Below are positions 1 to 10,917 of a stretch of DNA of 64,000 nt, in pieces. The first letter of the stretch is position 1. Each line of letters begins with the position of its first letter. Both the position numbers and the translations under genes were made by a program. A model generated the notes under the pieces. It was not told the DNA's origin. It was given only the letters and a program-made list of their open reading frames with translations, and made no database searches. The DNA is taken from the sequence record KU726251.1, one strand, 5' to 3'.

Positions 1-38
1 ATCTGAAAATACCGTTTACTTTTATAAGGACTATTAAC

Positions 39-1170
39 ATGCAATTTCCAATTTCCGTAATCGAAGATATGGCTCGTGTAGTACGTAACCGTGCTATGTG
101 CTTAGCTACGAAGGTGTTCGTGCTTATTCAGAAGCTCTGATTGCACAACACGTCACTGGCACCGGTGTTATCAACCCGGATCTTTACAATGCACTGGTCG
201 ATAACAATGTGGAGGCTTATCTGCCGCTGCCGCATCTGCGTAATAAGTTGTGCCTTTCTTCTCAAACTCTTCAGTTTGATAACCTGCCGCCACTGAAATA
301 TTCGCCGGATGACCGTTGGGGAAGTATGCTTGGCGTAGCTTTCCAAAATTGCCACGCGCCTTATAACTGGTCTATTCTCGTTGAAGGTGTTGATGGTGTC
401 TGGTATGCCATTGCACATTCTGACGAATTCTTCTTCGAGCCAGGTGAACTGATTAAACCCGTAAGTGCTCCACATGGTCGTGTTAAGGTTGGGCATTGTT
501 ACATTGAATTGACTCATGTCCAGTGGACTATCGAAGACTGGCGTGCTGCCTCCGTGATCTTCGGTGACGGTAAACCACACTCAGTTACTTTCGAGCGTTG
601 CGAAGCAGAGCATGTTGAAGAGCCTGATAATGACGAAGTGGGAGATCGCTACGCGCCGCTGGAAGAGTGTCGCACCATCGCAAACATCGACTGGGTGAAA
701 GTCTTTACGGCCAACCCCGGTTTCCGTGGTCAGACTATCAACCCGGCGAAGTAACCTGGGAAGGTTTCGTACAACTCGCAGATAAACTCGGTTATGACGT
801 GTGGGATTACACCTACAAACGTCCATACCCGAATGCGTCGGAAGATGAAGGCCACGATGAAATCATTCTGGAAAACTTAGTTGATGTCGAAAATGTGTTT
901 ATTGACGACGAAATCTTTGTTACCCTCGGTATCGAACGTCCAAAATCAACAGCTTATCCGGTATCGGTTGCCAGTGTGATTCAGGAACTGGGCAAAATGC
1001 AGGAGCAGACTGTCGAAGTGAAAATCGACGAAGAGCAAATGCAGATTGTTGCGCAGGTACAGAAAACTCTGAACCTGGATAAACTGTACGCGGAAATCCG
1101 CAAGCTGCCGAAAAAGAAACGTACTGCTGCCACAATCAAAGCAATGGTCCGCGACATCATCGGCAAATAA
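39..1170 (+). CDS. Hypothetical protein, probably one gene broken by two apparent 1-nt deletions (~95 and ~745)
   Basis: RBS AAGGA then ATG at 39; ORFs 98..754 and 667..1170 join (NPGEVTW) if one G is added in CCGG near 745; followed by a terminator. Confidence 0.6.
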
Positions 1171-1189
1171 TGCGATAAAAAATAAAAGC

Positions 1190-1224
1190 CTACCTACTCC
1201 AAGGAGTAGGTAGTTCTTTTTTTC
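1190..1224. terminator. Bidirectional intrinsic terminator
   Basis: CTACCTACTCC-AA-GGAGTAGGTAG stem, A-tract upstream and T-tract downstream, between convergent genes. Confidence 0.85.
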
Positions 1225-1225
1225 T

Positions 1226-1849
1226 TTAATTTGTTAACCCGTTATCTTTCAGGATTTTCAACATCGCATCATTCAACGCCTGCAGTTCTTGATTCTGCTT
1301 AGTGAGTGTTGCAACTTGTTCTGTCAGAGGAACCTGCTCACGGATTTTGGCTTTACGCACCGCTTCCATTTGCAAGTGTTCTTCTTCCGTCACCGTCCCT
1401 TCGTAATCCATCGATGTGATGTCCACACGTGCATCGATTCCTAAACCGCGTTCTAAAATGCTTTTCAGGTCGTTCGTTAGCAGTGTGACGTCGACGTATT
1501 CGGGTATTAATGCCAGGTCAATAACCACAACATTGCGTCTATAATTTAACCCGTTCAGTCCAGGATACGTCTCAATGTACGTATCAGGCAACTCGTAGAC
1601 TTGACCGTCCCTCGACTTTAATGTTACAATCGAAGCTTCGACATTAGCGTCGCTGATATAGTCGTCACGAGTTAGGCCGACGGGTTTATAATACTTGTTA
1701 TAAACGTCAATATTATTACGTTGGAGTTTCGGAAAGTTCTGTACCGCGTCAACACGGTAAATCACTTTATCTGGCAACGTATAAGGTGCCTTAACCTTGA
1801 ACAACCCCTCAAGGTTAACCTGAGGCGTGTTAGGCAACAGTTGTGCCAT
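1226..1849 (-). CDS. Conserved jumbo-phage protein, putative virion component
   Basis: 207-aa ORF with RBS GGAGG; structural role inferred from context only. Confidence 0.6.
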   Translation of the reverse strand: MAQLLPNTPQVNLEGLFKVKAPYTLPDKVIYRVDAVQNFPKLQRNNIDVYNKYYKPVGLTRDDYISDANVEASIVTLKSRDGQVYELPDTYIETYPGLNGLNYRRNVVVIDLALIPEYVDVTLLTNDLKSILERGLGIDARVDITSMDYEGTVTEEEHLQMEAVRKAKIREQVPLTEQVATLTKQNQELQALNDAMLKILKDNGLTN

Positions 1850-1859
1850 TTAACCCTCC

Positions 1860-3238
1860 TTAGGCTTCTGGCTCTACCGCAGGGACATCCCAAACAGCTT
1901 TGCGGGCCAAGACACGATACTCCACGTTATCGAATTCGAAGACGTAGAAGTAAACGTTAGGATCAACGTCGTCTACGAGCTTCACGATATCCAGCGGGGT
2001 GGAATGTGGGTGATACTCTTCCGCTGCGATTAACGCCTGGAAGAATAAGTCCAGCCACTCGGTGGTTTTCTTCGACATTCTCGCAATATCTGCATTGTTA
2101 GTGCCGATTAATGCGTAGTCGGGAATCGTATCGTGCAGGGTCGTTTTGCGTGAATCGTTTTCAGGGCCTGCGATAACTACAGCGTTTAGTGATTTATAGA
2201 TGGACGGTAAATCCGTTACATCGGTAGTTGGAGTTGAGATTGCTCCACTATTTTTTTCCGTAATGGTTTGAACAGTCCACTCCCCAAATCGGGAGATTGC
2301 TTTGACCCAGAAATCATATGGGAGAATCGGCGAGTATAATGCCGCAACATCTTCCTCATTTGGAATCCCACGAATTGACCAACCGGGAACAATTGTGAAC
2401 TTGGTGGTCGTAAAGATTTCTGGGAACACCTTGACACCCAACGCCACAGTAAAACTGGAGTTTGCCAAAATGTAATCACGTAACGCTTGTTTAATCCTGC
2501 TCGGGTTACGACCTGCGCGGCCGTAGATGATAACCGACATCGGTATCGGTAAGGTGGAATCAAAGTCTTCCTGGTCGTGCCAAGTATAGATGTTAGTAAT
2601 CAGGCTAGTGTACGGATAACCGTCAGCTAATTCGTTAATCTTATTATGGTGATCCGGAAGGTTGAACCTTCCATTGCCTTTTCGACTACAGATTTCACAG
2701 CCAAGAAAGTATCAACCGGTAATATCGGCATTTGGACTTCAATTTCAAATCCGGTATAGTCCTGATTGAAATCTTCATCAGCAAACCAGAGAATAATCTG
2801 GTTATTCACATCAGATGGGTCTTCGACTTTATCTGCTGTGGTTTCAAGTTTCCAACTGACCCAACGTGGGAACCAGTTACTGTTAGTCTGAATCATCGCG
2901 CCAGACTGAACACCGCTGATGACACTATTAAATTGCCCCAACAGCAAACGCTGGAATTCAACTTCGTCGTTTCTTAAGTTGCCCAGGATAGACTGTTGGT
3001 AGATCCATTGGGAAACAGTAAGAACGTGGTCGCTAAAGACGGCCGGGGTCTTAATAGGCAACTCGTCACGTTTAGAAGTAAAAGCAACCAGTTCCACCTG
3101 CAGATTTTCTTTAGTAAAATACTGCTTGCTTTTAGCGAACGAATATGACAGCTCAGACAACTCACCTACCGGAGCGGTGTTGCCAGGGCCATTATCAATC
3201 AGAGCCGCTATTTGAATAAAGCCTTGTAAATCATACAT
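1860..3238 (-). CDS. Putative virion structural protein, split by apparent frameshift at ~2667
   Basis: ORFs 2627..3238 and 1860..2540 join (AMEG-FNLPDHHNKINELADGYPY) on adding one base at GAAGG/TTC. Confidence 0.65.
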
Positions 3239-3256
3239 AATTAAAAACTCTCCGAG

Positions 3257-3772
3257 GTGAGCATGATAGCATCAGTTTTCAAACTGCTTCCATTCTTACA
3301 GATGCTGTGGGAAGCATTTAAACCGGGCGAGGGGGAGAAAGTAACACGAGCCGGGAAAATAGTGACACTAGTGATAGTGGCACTGATCGCGTTCTCTGCA
3401 TTTGTCTCATATGCCTATATTGTTCAATACCACACACTGGTTAGCGTTCAATCGCGTACTCAGTATCTGGAGATATCCTATAAGGAGCTAAAAGAGAAGT
3501 CCGATCACGGCGAAGTGGAGAACAATAAGTTGTACGATCGTCTCTTCACGTGCCTGGGTTCTCGACCGCCATATGATGGTACCAAATCTCCAACAGGAAC
3601 AGGCACTGGGGCCGCAGTTCCGCCTGTAGAACCCAAGCCGGTAACTCCGCCGGCACCGTTAAATCCGTCTAGCCCACCTGCCAAGAAATACCAGGCCGCT
3701 TCTCGCCCGGTAGGGTCGCAGGAGGCAAATGATTTCCGACAGGAGATTATCAGTACGCTTAATAATCCATGA
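3257..3772 (+). CDS. Membrane protein, candidate i-spanin (Rz-like)
   Basis: Single TM helix (IVTLVIVALIAFSAFVSYAYIV), then coiled-coil-like and Pro-rich segments; directly upstream of a lipoprotein gene. Confidence 0.45.
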   Translation: MSMIASVFKLLPFLQMLWEAFKPGEGEKVTRAGKIVTLVIVALIAFSAFVSYAYIVQYHTLVSVQSRTQYLEISYKELKEKSDHGEVENNKLYDRLFTCLGSRPPYDGTKSPTGTGTGAAVPPVEPKPVTPPAPLNPSSPPAKKYQAASRPVGSQEANDFRQEIISTLNNP

Positions 3773-3781
3773 GGAGCATAC

Positions 3782-4260
3782 ATGAAGTTATTTTTGGCGG
3801 CGATATTGGTGCTATTGTTGACAGGATGCCCTGGGGTCATCCGTCACGTAGACCCAGATTACTCCTCAACCGGAGATTGGCCTTTTCGTCCTTTAGAACA
3901 CCCACCAGTTTATGTCGGTGGGAACAGTCCTGAGGCGAAAAAGCTGGCAGGGAAAATGTTTGTTGCGGATGTGAACGCTTATGCTTATTACGTTTATCTG
4001 TACGCTAAGTCGTTGAACAATTACGCAGAAGCTAAGGGGTGGCGCACCCCGATGGCCGCACCGCTTTGTGAAGAGTTTATTCGCCCCACTCTTCATGATA
4101 TACCACTGGGATATATCTCGACCCTGGTTCTCGTAGCCCTCAAGACATTAGTCGTGATTTGTCACGACAGATTAAGTCTCTCATTCGCGGCTATCGCGAA
4201 GACAGAGAGTCTTTTAATCGTGCCTACGAACGGCACAGAAGTAGTTGCCTTGTGCAATGA
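3782..4260 (+). CDS. Lipoprotein, candidate o-spanin (Rz1-like); apparent frameshift at ~4110
   Basis: Signal peptide with lipobox MKLFLAAILVLLLTG-C; alternative frame after 4110 gives IYLDPGSRSP...SSCLVQ*. Confidence 0.5.
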
Positions 4261-4347
4261 AAACTCCCTCTTACCTTCGGGTAAGAGGGATTTCCTTTTT
4301 TACGTTAGTAGTTAATAGTGTGATATATAATCTCGTGGAGAGTTGAA

Positions 4348-5066
4348 ATGACCTATCCTAAAATTCTGCCTGTTTTAACACCAACCGTGGTTGTTGGTAC
4401 AGACTTAGAGACCCTGGCTTTACGTCCAGATGCCTACATCTTAACGTTGGCAAACGTGGCATTCGATGTTCCGACAATGAAAATGATCGGTTCATGTTAC
4501 CACAAAATCGACCCCAATGATGCAAAGGCAAAAGAAATCTTCTACATCGACCCACAAACGGTCGGCTATTGGGAAGGTAAAGGCGACCCCGAATACGCAC
4601 CGAGCGAGAAAGCACGTATTGAAGCGTTTTCTGGGACCACTCCACTGCCAGAGGCACTGTGGGCGGCCAAAAAATGGTTGGATGATCTGGGCAACGTGAA
4701 AATGGTTATCACCATGCGCGGTCCCGATTTTGATGCTCCAATTCTGATGAACGCGTTCGCGCAGTGCGATATCCCGCCGGGCAAGTACCGCAAGTTTTCT
4801 ATATTGGACTCTGACCGGACCGCAGAACGTATTGCATATGCGTTTGGCCTGGAACCGAACTGGCACGCAGAAGCGCACCACTGGACCCGTGGCAAAGAAG
4901 CGTACGAGCATAACGCTAACTTTGATGCTGCGAAGGAAGCGTATTCTACGGCACGCATCTATCATTTGGCCCTGGTCGCACGTACGTACGGCTTCGAACG
5001 CATGTTAGAAGCCACCGCGAAATGTGCACAGGTGAATACATTCCACCGCAGTTGCGAGGAGAATAA
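4348..5066 (+). CDS. DEDDh 3'-5' exonuclease (Rv2179c-like exoribonuclease family); apparent frameshift at ~5012
   Basis: Motifs DLETL, RGPDFDAPIL, HNANFDA; corrected frame ends in TAA overlapping the next ATG (TAATG). Confidence 0.8.
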
Positions 5067-6580
5067 TGAAAGACGTCGACGTAGCGGTTATTTATACCGA
5101 TGGTAGTCATACTGAGTCCCCGAAAGGTTCGGGGGCTGGTATTCATGGTTATTTATTCAACAACGGAGATTTGGAAGACAGTCAGGCTTATAGCCATCCG
5201 GGTGTTTCAGAACGGATTACCACTGTTGGATACAAAAAAGTGCCGCAGGATGTGAAGTGTCCGGAGTTGCCGGACACCGTTCAATTTGTCGACGCCGTTA
5301 TTCCCGTTCCGAAAGAGTTCTACTCAGATGTGGGCGAGTTAATCGCCTTCATCACGTTGTTTGAGAACGCGCCATTCCGTGCGAAGAACTATATCATCTA
5401 CGTGGATGCCAGTTACGTTGTAAACACTTTTAACGAGTGGATAGACGGCTGGCATAAACGTGGTTGGGTTCGTGCTGACGGTACTCCGCTGGCGAACAAA
5501 GAACTTATTGTTCGTATCTGGGAAATCAAACAGCAGATGAAAAAAGAAGGGCGGGGTGTTAAGGTTATCAAAATCAAAGGACACTCCGGCCACTACGGTA
5601 ACGACCGGGCGGACGAATTGGCTAGAAAAGGTTCAGCTATCACTGCGACCAACGACGGTGTTCCATATCAGCCGTACTGGTCGAAGGATGAGTTGCCTGC
5701 ATCCGCGGAACCTGAGCCCATCGCTGCTGGAATGAACCTTGCGGCATATCCGCCGATTTGTACGGTTAAATATTGCTATCCGTTGGTGAACGAAGACCAT
5801 CCTACTGTAAAAGTGAAAGATGAAACTTTCTATTACATGTTTGGTGGCAACCATGCAAAGAACAAGGACGACTTGGTGTTTATTGGGAAAATGATTCCCG
5901 ATGCACACTTTTCCGTAATGTTCACTAAACAACCGTGGGATAACATCTACACGATTGTAAATACCCACGCCGCCCTGGCATGGAAAGATACACCGAAGAT
6001 GCGGCAGTATGATCCAATCGGTGTTGTTAACAATGAGTTCGTTAAACGTAAGAAGTTCGTTGATGTGGCAGGTGATGGATTACCGGCAGACAAGATGCAT
6101 TTCAGTGGAGAAGATTCCAATGTCTGGTTCTTTGAAGACCTGGCCATCTCCAGAATGCTTCGCCCGCCCTTATTGTCGTATCGTGCGCTGGATATTCGTG
6201 ACGAACTCGCTACAACGTTGAGAGATGTTCTGCATCAGGAAAAGGGTTATGTCTTAAACGACATTACCGACTTGCTATTCGACGACAAAGGTAAACCTGT
6301 CAAGGAATACTACCGTAGCGTCGATAAGTCAATAACGTTAAAGATTGACTTTCCGATGGGTAAACGACCTGTCTCGGTTATTTTGACTCGCGGCATCGAT
6401 ATTCCATCGCGTACGGAAATCAACCGTATTAAAGAACCGGAAGGCCGTTATTACATCGCGGTGTGTCGTCCTGAAAAATACTACATCCGTTACTTCTTAA
6501 TCTATATCGGTAAAGAGTATCATGGGTTGTGGTGTGCGTATTACGCAAACCGTCGCATACTGCGAGAAGAAGAGGTGTAA
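5066..6580 (+). CDS. rnh: Ribonuclease H (type I) with long C-terminal extension
   Basis: YTDGS, GELIA, YVDASYV, W.K.GW...G.P.AN.EL, IKGHSGHYGNDRADELA. Confidence 0.93.
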   Translation: MKDVDVAVIYTDGSHTESPKGSGAGIHGYLFNNGDLEDSQAYSHPGVSERITTVGYKKVPQDVKCPELPDTVQFVDAVIPVPKEFYSDVGELIAFITLFENAPFRAKNYIIYVDASYVVNTFNEWIDGWHKRGWVRADGTPLANKELIVRIWEIKQQMKKEGRGVKVIKIKGHSGHYGNDRADELARKGSAITATNDGVPYQPYWSKDELPASAEPEPIAAGMNLAAYPPICTVKYCYPLVNEDHPTVKVKDETFYYMFGGNHAKNKDDLVFIGKMIPDAHFSVMFTKQPWDNIYTIVNTHAALAWKDTPKMRQYDPIGVVNNEFVKRKKFVDVAGDGLPADKMHFSGEDSNVWFFEDLAISRMLRPPLLSYRALDIRDELATTLRDVLHQEKGYVLNDITDLLFDDKGKPVKEYYRSVDKSITLKIDFPMGKRPVSVILTRGIDIPSRTEINRIKEPEGRYYIAVCRPEKYYIRYFLIYIGKEYHGLWCAYYANRRILREEEV

Positions 6581-6581
6581 C

Positions 6582-7322
6582 ATGTTGCGAGTCGTGAGTG
6601 AATCGCTCACGCTCCACACACAAAGTCTGATTAACTGTGTGGAGCAATACGGATGGATGTCGTGGATGGCAACGAACCGTGAGTTCGGTGCTGCGCCCAT
6701 GGAAGATTACGACGTGTTGTACAAGTGGGGATTTGAAGCGGCTTGTGATGTTGTGGCAGAGCTGGTTACCGAAACAATTGCGCGTTACAATGCAAGATGT
6801 GATGAACCGATGCCTAAACAAGTCCCGCCGCAAATACCTCCCCTACCGACAATCGATCGTGAGCAGTGTCGAATCTGGACAATGGAAGAGTTGTACGACG
6901 AACACGTTAGAATGCTGAAACCGAACGAGCTAATAACCGGTGCGTTGAACTGGTTCTTACATCGTTTCTGGACAGAGTTGGTCGATGTGGCGGGTGACGA
7001 AGATAATTGTTCTCAGGTTATTTGGTACGATCGAGCGATGTTTCATCGCAGTCTTAAAGATCGCAGTCTCTGCAACCTGTATATTGTTGACCCGTGTGTA
7101 GACATTGTAAGGGTAGCAGAAGGTAACTCTTATTCGGACTTAGTGATGCCCGTGGTAGAAAAACCGATGGGTATTTTCCTGCAAGGGGACGCTTGGGTTT
7201 TAACGGATGATATCTCGGGCTACCTGCTGGACCCGGACGACATTCACTCGGACGAACCTGATACCATCGAGTATTTTCACTTTACAGAACAGGCAGCACG
7301 CTTCTTGCATCTCTTAAAGTAA
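6582..7322 (+). CDS. Hypothetical protein, tandem paralog family member
   Basis: RBS GAGG, ATG at 6582, N-terminus MLRVVSESL. Confidence 0.75.
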   Translation: MLRVVSESLTLHTQSLINCVEQYGWMSWMATNREFGAAPMEDYDVLYKWGFEAACDVVAELVTETIARYNARCDEPMPKQVPPQIPPLPTIDREQCRIWTMEELYDEHVRMLKPNELITGALNWFLHRFWTELVDVAGDEDNCSQVIWYDRAMFHRSLKDRSLCNLYIVDPCVDIVRVAEGNSYSDLVMPVVEKPMGIFLQGDAWVLTDDISGYLLDPDDIHSDEPDTIEYFHFTEQAARFLHLLK

Positions 7323-7342
7323 TCTGAGATAGATATTATCTA
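7315..7342 (+). promoter_or_regulatory. Candidate early (virion RNAP) promoter, copy 1
   Basis: CTGAGATAGATATTATCTA, matches copies at 14871 and 46544. Confidence 0.6.
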
Positions 7343-7375
7343 CAGGGACGTAACCTTAAGGAGAATTTATTCACG

Positions 7376-8110
7376 ATGCTTAAAGTCGAAGTGCCAGTGC
7401 TTTTAAACCTCACGCCCCAGTTCTTTGAAGCGTTGTTCGAAAAGCATTGGCCCGCGTTCGCGAAGAACGAACTAAAGGATAACCCACAGTGGTATCCTCT
7501 GCGCGATGAATTCAAGTATACAGCCATCAACGTCTGTATAGAAGTCTTCACTGCATGGTTACAAGAGATGTACGACTGCATCAACACCGAACGGTTGTTC
7601 ACGCTAGAACATGTAGAGATTAATGTTGTTGACGTCTACGAAGGTTACTCCTACGAAGAAGGCATTACTGCCACGGGGTTAAGCCAGCAAGACGTTGAAG
7701 AACAAATCTTTGCGTGGATCGAGTGGTTCACGGAAAAGTTGATGCTGGCTGATTTTGTCACGCAAGTGGAGGACGTATTCATCCCAATGTACGAGCGGTT
7801 AGCTGAGATACGTCGTAACCATCGACTGCTCGGTTACTGGTATGACACTTATACCACCTCCTCAACACTGTGGTCTTCCGCTACTGCCGCATTTGGCATA
7901 ACTGATGGCGATTACGATGTCGTTCATTCCGGCCCTTGGCAGTATGGTTTCGGCACCCTGTGGCACGAGCTGACCGATGCCATGTGTCTGGACTTTTATC
8001 TGTGTGAAGGTAAGTTTTACACGGATAACTGCGTGAGCCAAATTCCGAATGGTGCGATGGTGGTGATGTGTCGCATCCGTAAAGAAGTCTCTGAGAAACT
8101 AAACTACTGA
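7376..8110 (+). CDS. Hypothetical protein, tandem paralog family member
   Basis: 244-aa acidic/aromatic ORF with RBS AAGGAG, N-terminus MLKVEV. Confidence 0.75.
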   Translation: MLKVEVPVLLNLTPQFFEALFEKHWPAFAKNELKDNPQWYPLRDEFKYTAINVCIEVFTAWLQEMYDCINTERLFTLEHVEINVVDVYEGYSYEEGITATGLSQQDVEEQIFAWIEWFTEKLMLADFVTQVEDVFIPMYERLAEIRRNHRLLGYWYDTYTTSSTLWSSATAAFGITDGDYDVVHSGPWQYGFGTLWHELTDAMCLDFYLCEGKFYTDNCVSQIPNGAMVVMCRIRKEVSEKLNY

Positions 8111-8123
8111 AGGAGTATTTAAA

Positions 8124-8495
8124 ATGACGCAAGACGAATTTGAAACGATGGTAAAACAATACTTTAAAGAAGGGACTATTCTGTACATAGTCGCACCCGA
8201 GAGCGAAAACTGGTTGACGTTATCGTCGCGGGTAACCACCCTACGCGGCCCAGTTTCTCAAGAAATAAGACAGATGGCTCGTATAGTTCGAGATACCGCC
8301 ATCCAGGGCGGTAAAGTCGTCAGCTTCTCCCACCTCTCTCCGATCGGCCACTCTAACTTAGAAACCGAAGTTGATGTGGTTGCAACCGTCGGTTTCGATT
8401 TAGACGGCTCCCCAGGCACTAGCCTTGTTGCCATTAAGAAATGGCGTGGATACGATGCGATTCCATCGCCGGGGGTTTGGCCAGCTACCAGCTAA
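8124..8495 (+). CDS. Hypothetical protein
   Basis: 123-aa ORF with RBS AAGGAG. Confidence 0.7.
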   Translation: MTQDEFETMVKQYFKEGTILYIVAPESENWLTLSSRVTTLRGPVSQEIRQMARIVRDTAIQGGKVVSFSHLSPIGHSNLETEVDVVATVGFDLDGSPGTSLVAIKKWRGYDAIPSPGVWPATS

Positions 8496-8505
8496 TGGGG
8501 GCGGT

Positions 8506-8913
8506 ATGTTAAAGGTGTATAGCGAGTCATTGATGGACTTGCAAGAGTATCTAAAGCATGTGGAAATTAACGGCAACCGTGGAATGATATACTCCATGGT
8601 TGTCGAGATTTTAATTAAAATCGTGCTTGTTTCATTCCACGCGGCAGAAAATGGCACTGCTGTACCAGGAGATGTTTATAAAGGCGTTATTAAGCATCTT
8701 AGCGACCGCTACAGTTGTTTACGTGAACCGGATATCTTTAATGAGGTGCAGCGTGTTGTGTTGCTTATCCTCGACAACCGTGAAGATTTGGCGTACAAGC
8801 TTGCGCATGAACTGGCAGACACGTCACAGCACGGCGGACAACTGAAGTATAACGTTGTGGATCTCGTAGCGTGCAGATACTGGTATACGCAGCCCGAGGT
8901 AAGTAACTTCTAA
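8506..8913 (+). CDS. Hypothetical protein, tandem paralog family member
   Basis: ATG at 8506, N-terminus MLKVYSESL. Confidence 0.7.
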   Translation: MLKVYSESLMDLQEYLKHVEINGNRGMIYSMVVEILIKIVLVSFHAAENGTAVPGDVYKGVIKHLSDRYSCLREPDIFNEVQRVVLLILDNREDLAYKLAHELADTSQHGGQLKYNVVDLVACRYWYTQPEVSNF

Positions 8914-8923
8914 GGAGTATTAG

Positions 8924-9462
8924 ATGCAAATCGTAATAGACTTCGCTCTGTCGGAGTCGAGACGTCAGTTAGATGAAATTCTGTTAGGATTAAAACGTGA
9001 CGTGGAATTTGAACTTCACGACGCGTTGGCCGTCCACGAAAATCGTTTGTCTGACGAAATAGGTTCGGGTGTAGATGTGGCTATCTGCGACACTGGGATA
9101 TGGTAAATCAGCTTATTGAACGTATGTTCACTCGGCTGCGTAACATTCTGAACTATCCCCATCGTTTTGAACTGGTAGAAGGGACGGACCAAATTACCGA
9201 CTTATTGAGTGAAGCCTTTGATAAGGTCGGTGAGTCTCTGGCGGGGTTACATCAAGAGAACCTGGGCGAGACATACGTTGCTGTGGTCATTAACGGGCAA
9301 TCATCGAACGTTACGGACACGGTAACATGGTCTGATATCGTTGACCAGCCAATCATTGACAAAATCACCAAGCTGTATCGTGAGGCGGAAATGAAGGTGC
9401 TGGCTATCTGTCGTCGTGAACTACTGTATCTCGGCGAGAAATATGGGAAACCTGTTGAATGA
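8924..9462 (+). CDS. Hypothetical protein, possibly one gene with frameshift at ~9090
   Basis: RBS AAGGAG at 8913; ORFs 8924..9106 and 9100..9462 join with a one-base insertion. Confidence 0.55.
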
Positions 9463-10001
9463 AAATATTCATTGATTTACTCGATGACGAATTTCGCGAA
9501 ATATTTCCAGCGGCGTTGTTCGAGTTTAAGCGTAAGTGTGAAGACTATCTGATACCAAAGAATATCGATCGTCAGCACCTCGCCGGGCTTATCTCTGCGG
9601 CGTACGTCAACATCGCGGTAAATGAAGTTCATCAACTCGCGCAACGTATTGCTTGTTTTGAATACAACGATGAAGACATTGAAGACGGCTTCCTGCAGTC
9701 TAAGATGGGTCGTTTCTCGCTCGAACTTAAAACCGATGAGGTTATTGATAAAGTCGGTAAGGCGTTTGATGAGATGAAAGACATCGAAATGATGATCAAG
9801 ATGTCTGGTCCAGAAGCAGGCCCATTGAAAGAAGCGTGGGAACATCTCAACCGCGACGAGTATAAAGAGATGTACATGGGTGAGTTCACCACCATGTTAC
9901 GTCACCTTGAAGCACAGGTCTGGGAGCATATCGTTTCGCGTCTGAAAGAAATACTGATTGTGGTCGAGCCAATGCAGCCTCTTTCTATCAGTAAATTCTA
10001 A
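9459..10001 (+). CDS. Hypothetical protein
   Basis: 180-aa acidic ORF, ATG overlapping the upstream stop. Confidence 0.7.
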   Translation: MKIFIDLLDDEFREIFPAALFEFKRKCEDYLIPKNIDRQHLAGLISAAYVNIAVNEVHQLAQRIACFEYNDEDIEDGFLQSKMGRFSLELKTDEVIDKVGKAFDEMKDIEMMIKMSGPEAGPLKEAWEHLNRDEYKEMYMGEFTTMLRHLEAQVWEHIVSRLKEILIVVEPMQPLSISKF

Positions 10002-10025
10002 ATCGGTCCGAAATAAAATAAAGCC

Positions 10026-10065
10026 TACCCACTCCCGTAAGGGGAGTGGGTACTGCTTACTTTTT
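10026..10065. terminator. Bidirectional intrinsic terminator
   Basis: TACCCACTCCC-GTAAG-GGGAGTGGGTA with flanking A- and T-tracts between convergent genes. Confidence 0.85.
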
Positions 10066-10819
10066 ATTTTTTGTTTGCTTTCAGGGTCTTGAGGCGATCA
10101 CCGGTTACGTTCAGGCATTCTGTCAGTTCATTAATCTGTTTCATAAACAGTCCGAACAGCTCAACCCAGTCAGCACCCATGTCAGCCATTTTCACTAACT
10201 CTGCCGCCACATTAGGATGGACTTGTGAATTAGAGATAATGTCCACAGAGACATTGATGCTTTCAACTGTACGGTCAATACTTTTCTGAAGTTTCTTAGT
10301 CACTTCCAGGTTCAGCGCTTTGGCACGATTAAATGCAACGTCAATCTCGCCTGCGCTGTGGTAGGTCTTTTCAATCGGACGCTGGTCAATGACGTTGTTG
10401 GTATACGACTTCGCCAGTTTCTCAACCAGATCTTTTGGATTGATATTTTTCAGCGGGTAGTTCAGGTCTTTGAACTTAAACCCAATCGGCAGAGTTAACA
10501 TGCCCAGGTCATGGGTCATCGCACCGAAACGTTTATCGATGGGTGTTAAAACCCCTTCCTGAATCTTCTGGAGCACAGCCCATACAGATTCCAACCGTTC
10601 TATGTGGTCCATCACATACGTGTTGAAGCCCGGAGGTACGGGTACAAGCATTCCGGTAAAGTTTAAAAACTTCTCTTGCTGCATCCACTTGGACACATCA
10701 GACATGTCGTCATAGGTGGTCAGCGCGAGTTCCTGTTGAGAGCCGCTAAAGGCTTTAGGCAGAATCGTGGATGCTTTGGCAACAAAGCCCGACAACGCTG
10801 CAAGTGGATTAACATTCAT
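10064..10819 (-). CDS. Hypothetical helical protein, possible virion protein
   Basis: 251-aa ORF with good codon use; function not recognised. Confidence 0.65.
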   Translation of the reverse strand: MNVNPLAALSGFVAKASTILPKAFSGSQQELALTTYDDMSDVSKWMQQEKFLNFTGMLVPVPPGFNTYVMDHIERLESVWAVLQKIQEGVLTPIDKRFGAMTHDLGMLTLPIGFKFKDLNYPLKNINPKDLVEKLAKSYTNNVIDQRPIEKTYHSAGEIDVAFNRAKALNLEVTKKLQKSIDRTVESINVSVDIISNSQVHPNVAAELVKMADMGADWVELFGLFMKQINELTECLNVTGDRLKTLKANKK

Positions 10820-10917
10820 TCTATCAACCTCGAATATATAAGGGATTGGGCTACATAGTAAGTCTTTTACGTATCACCCAAACCTTATGTACGAGAACTG
10901 CATAAAGGTAACATCTG

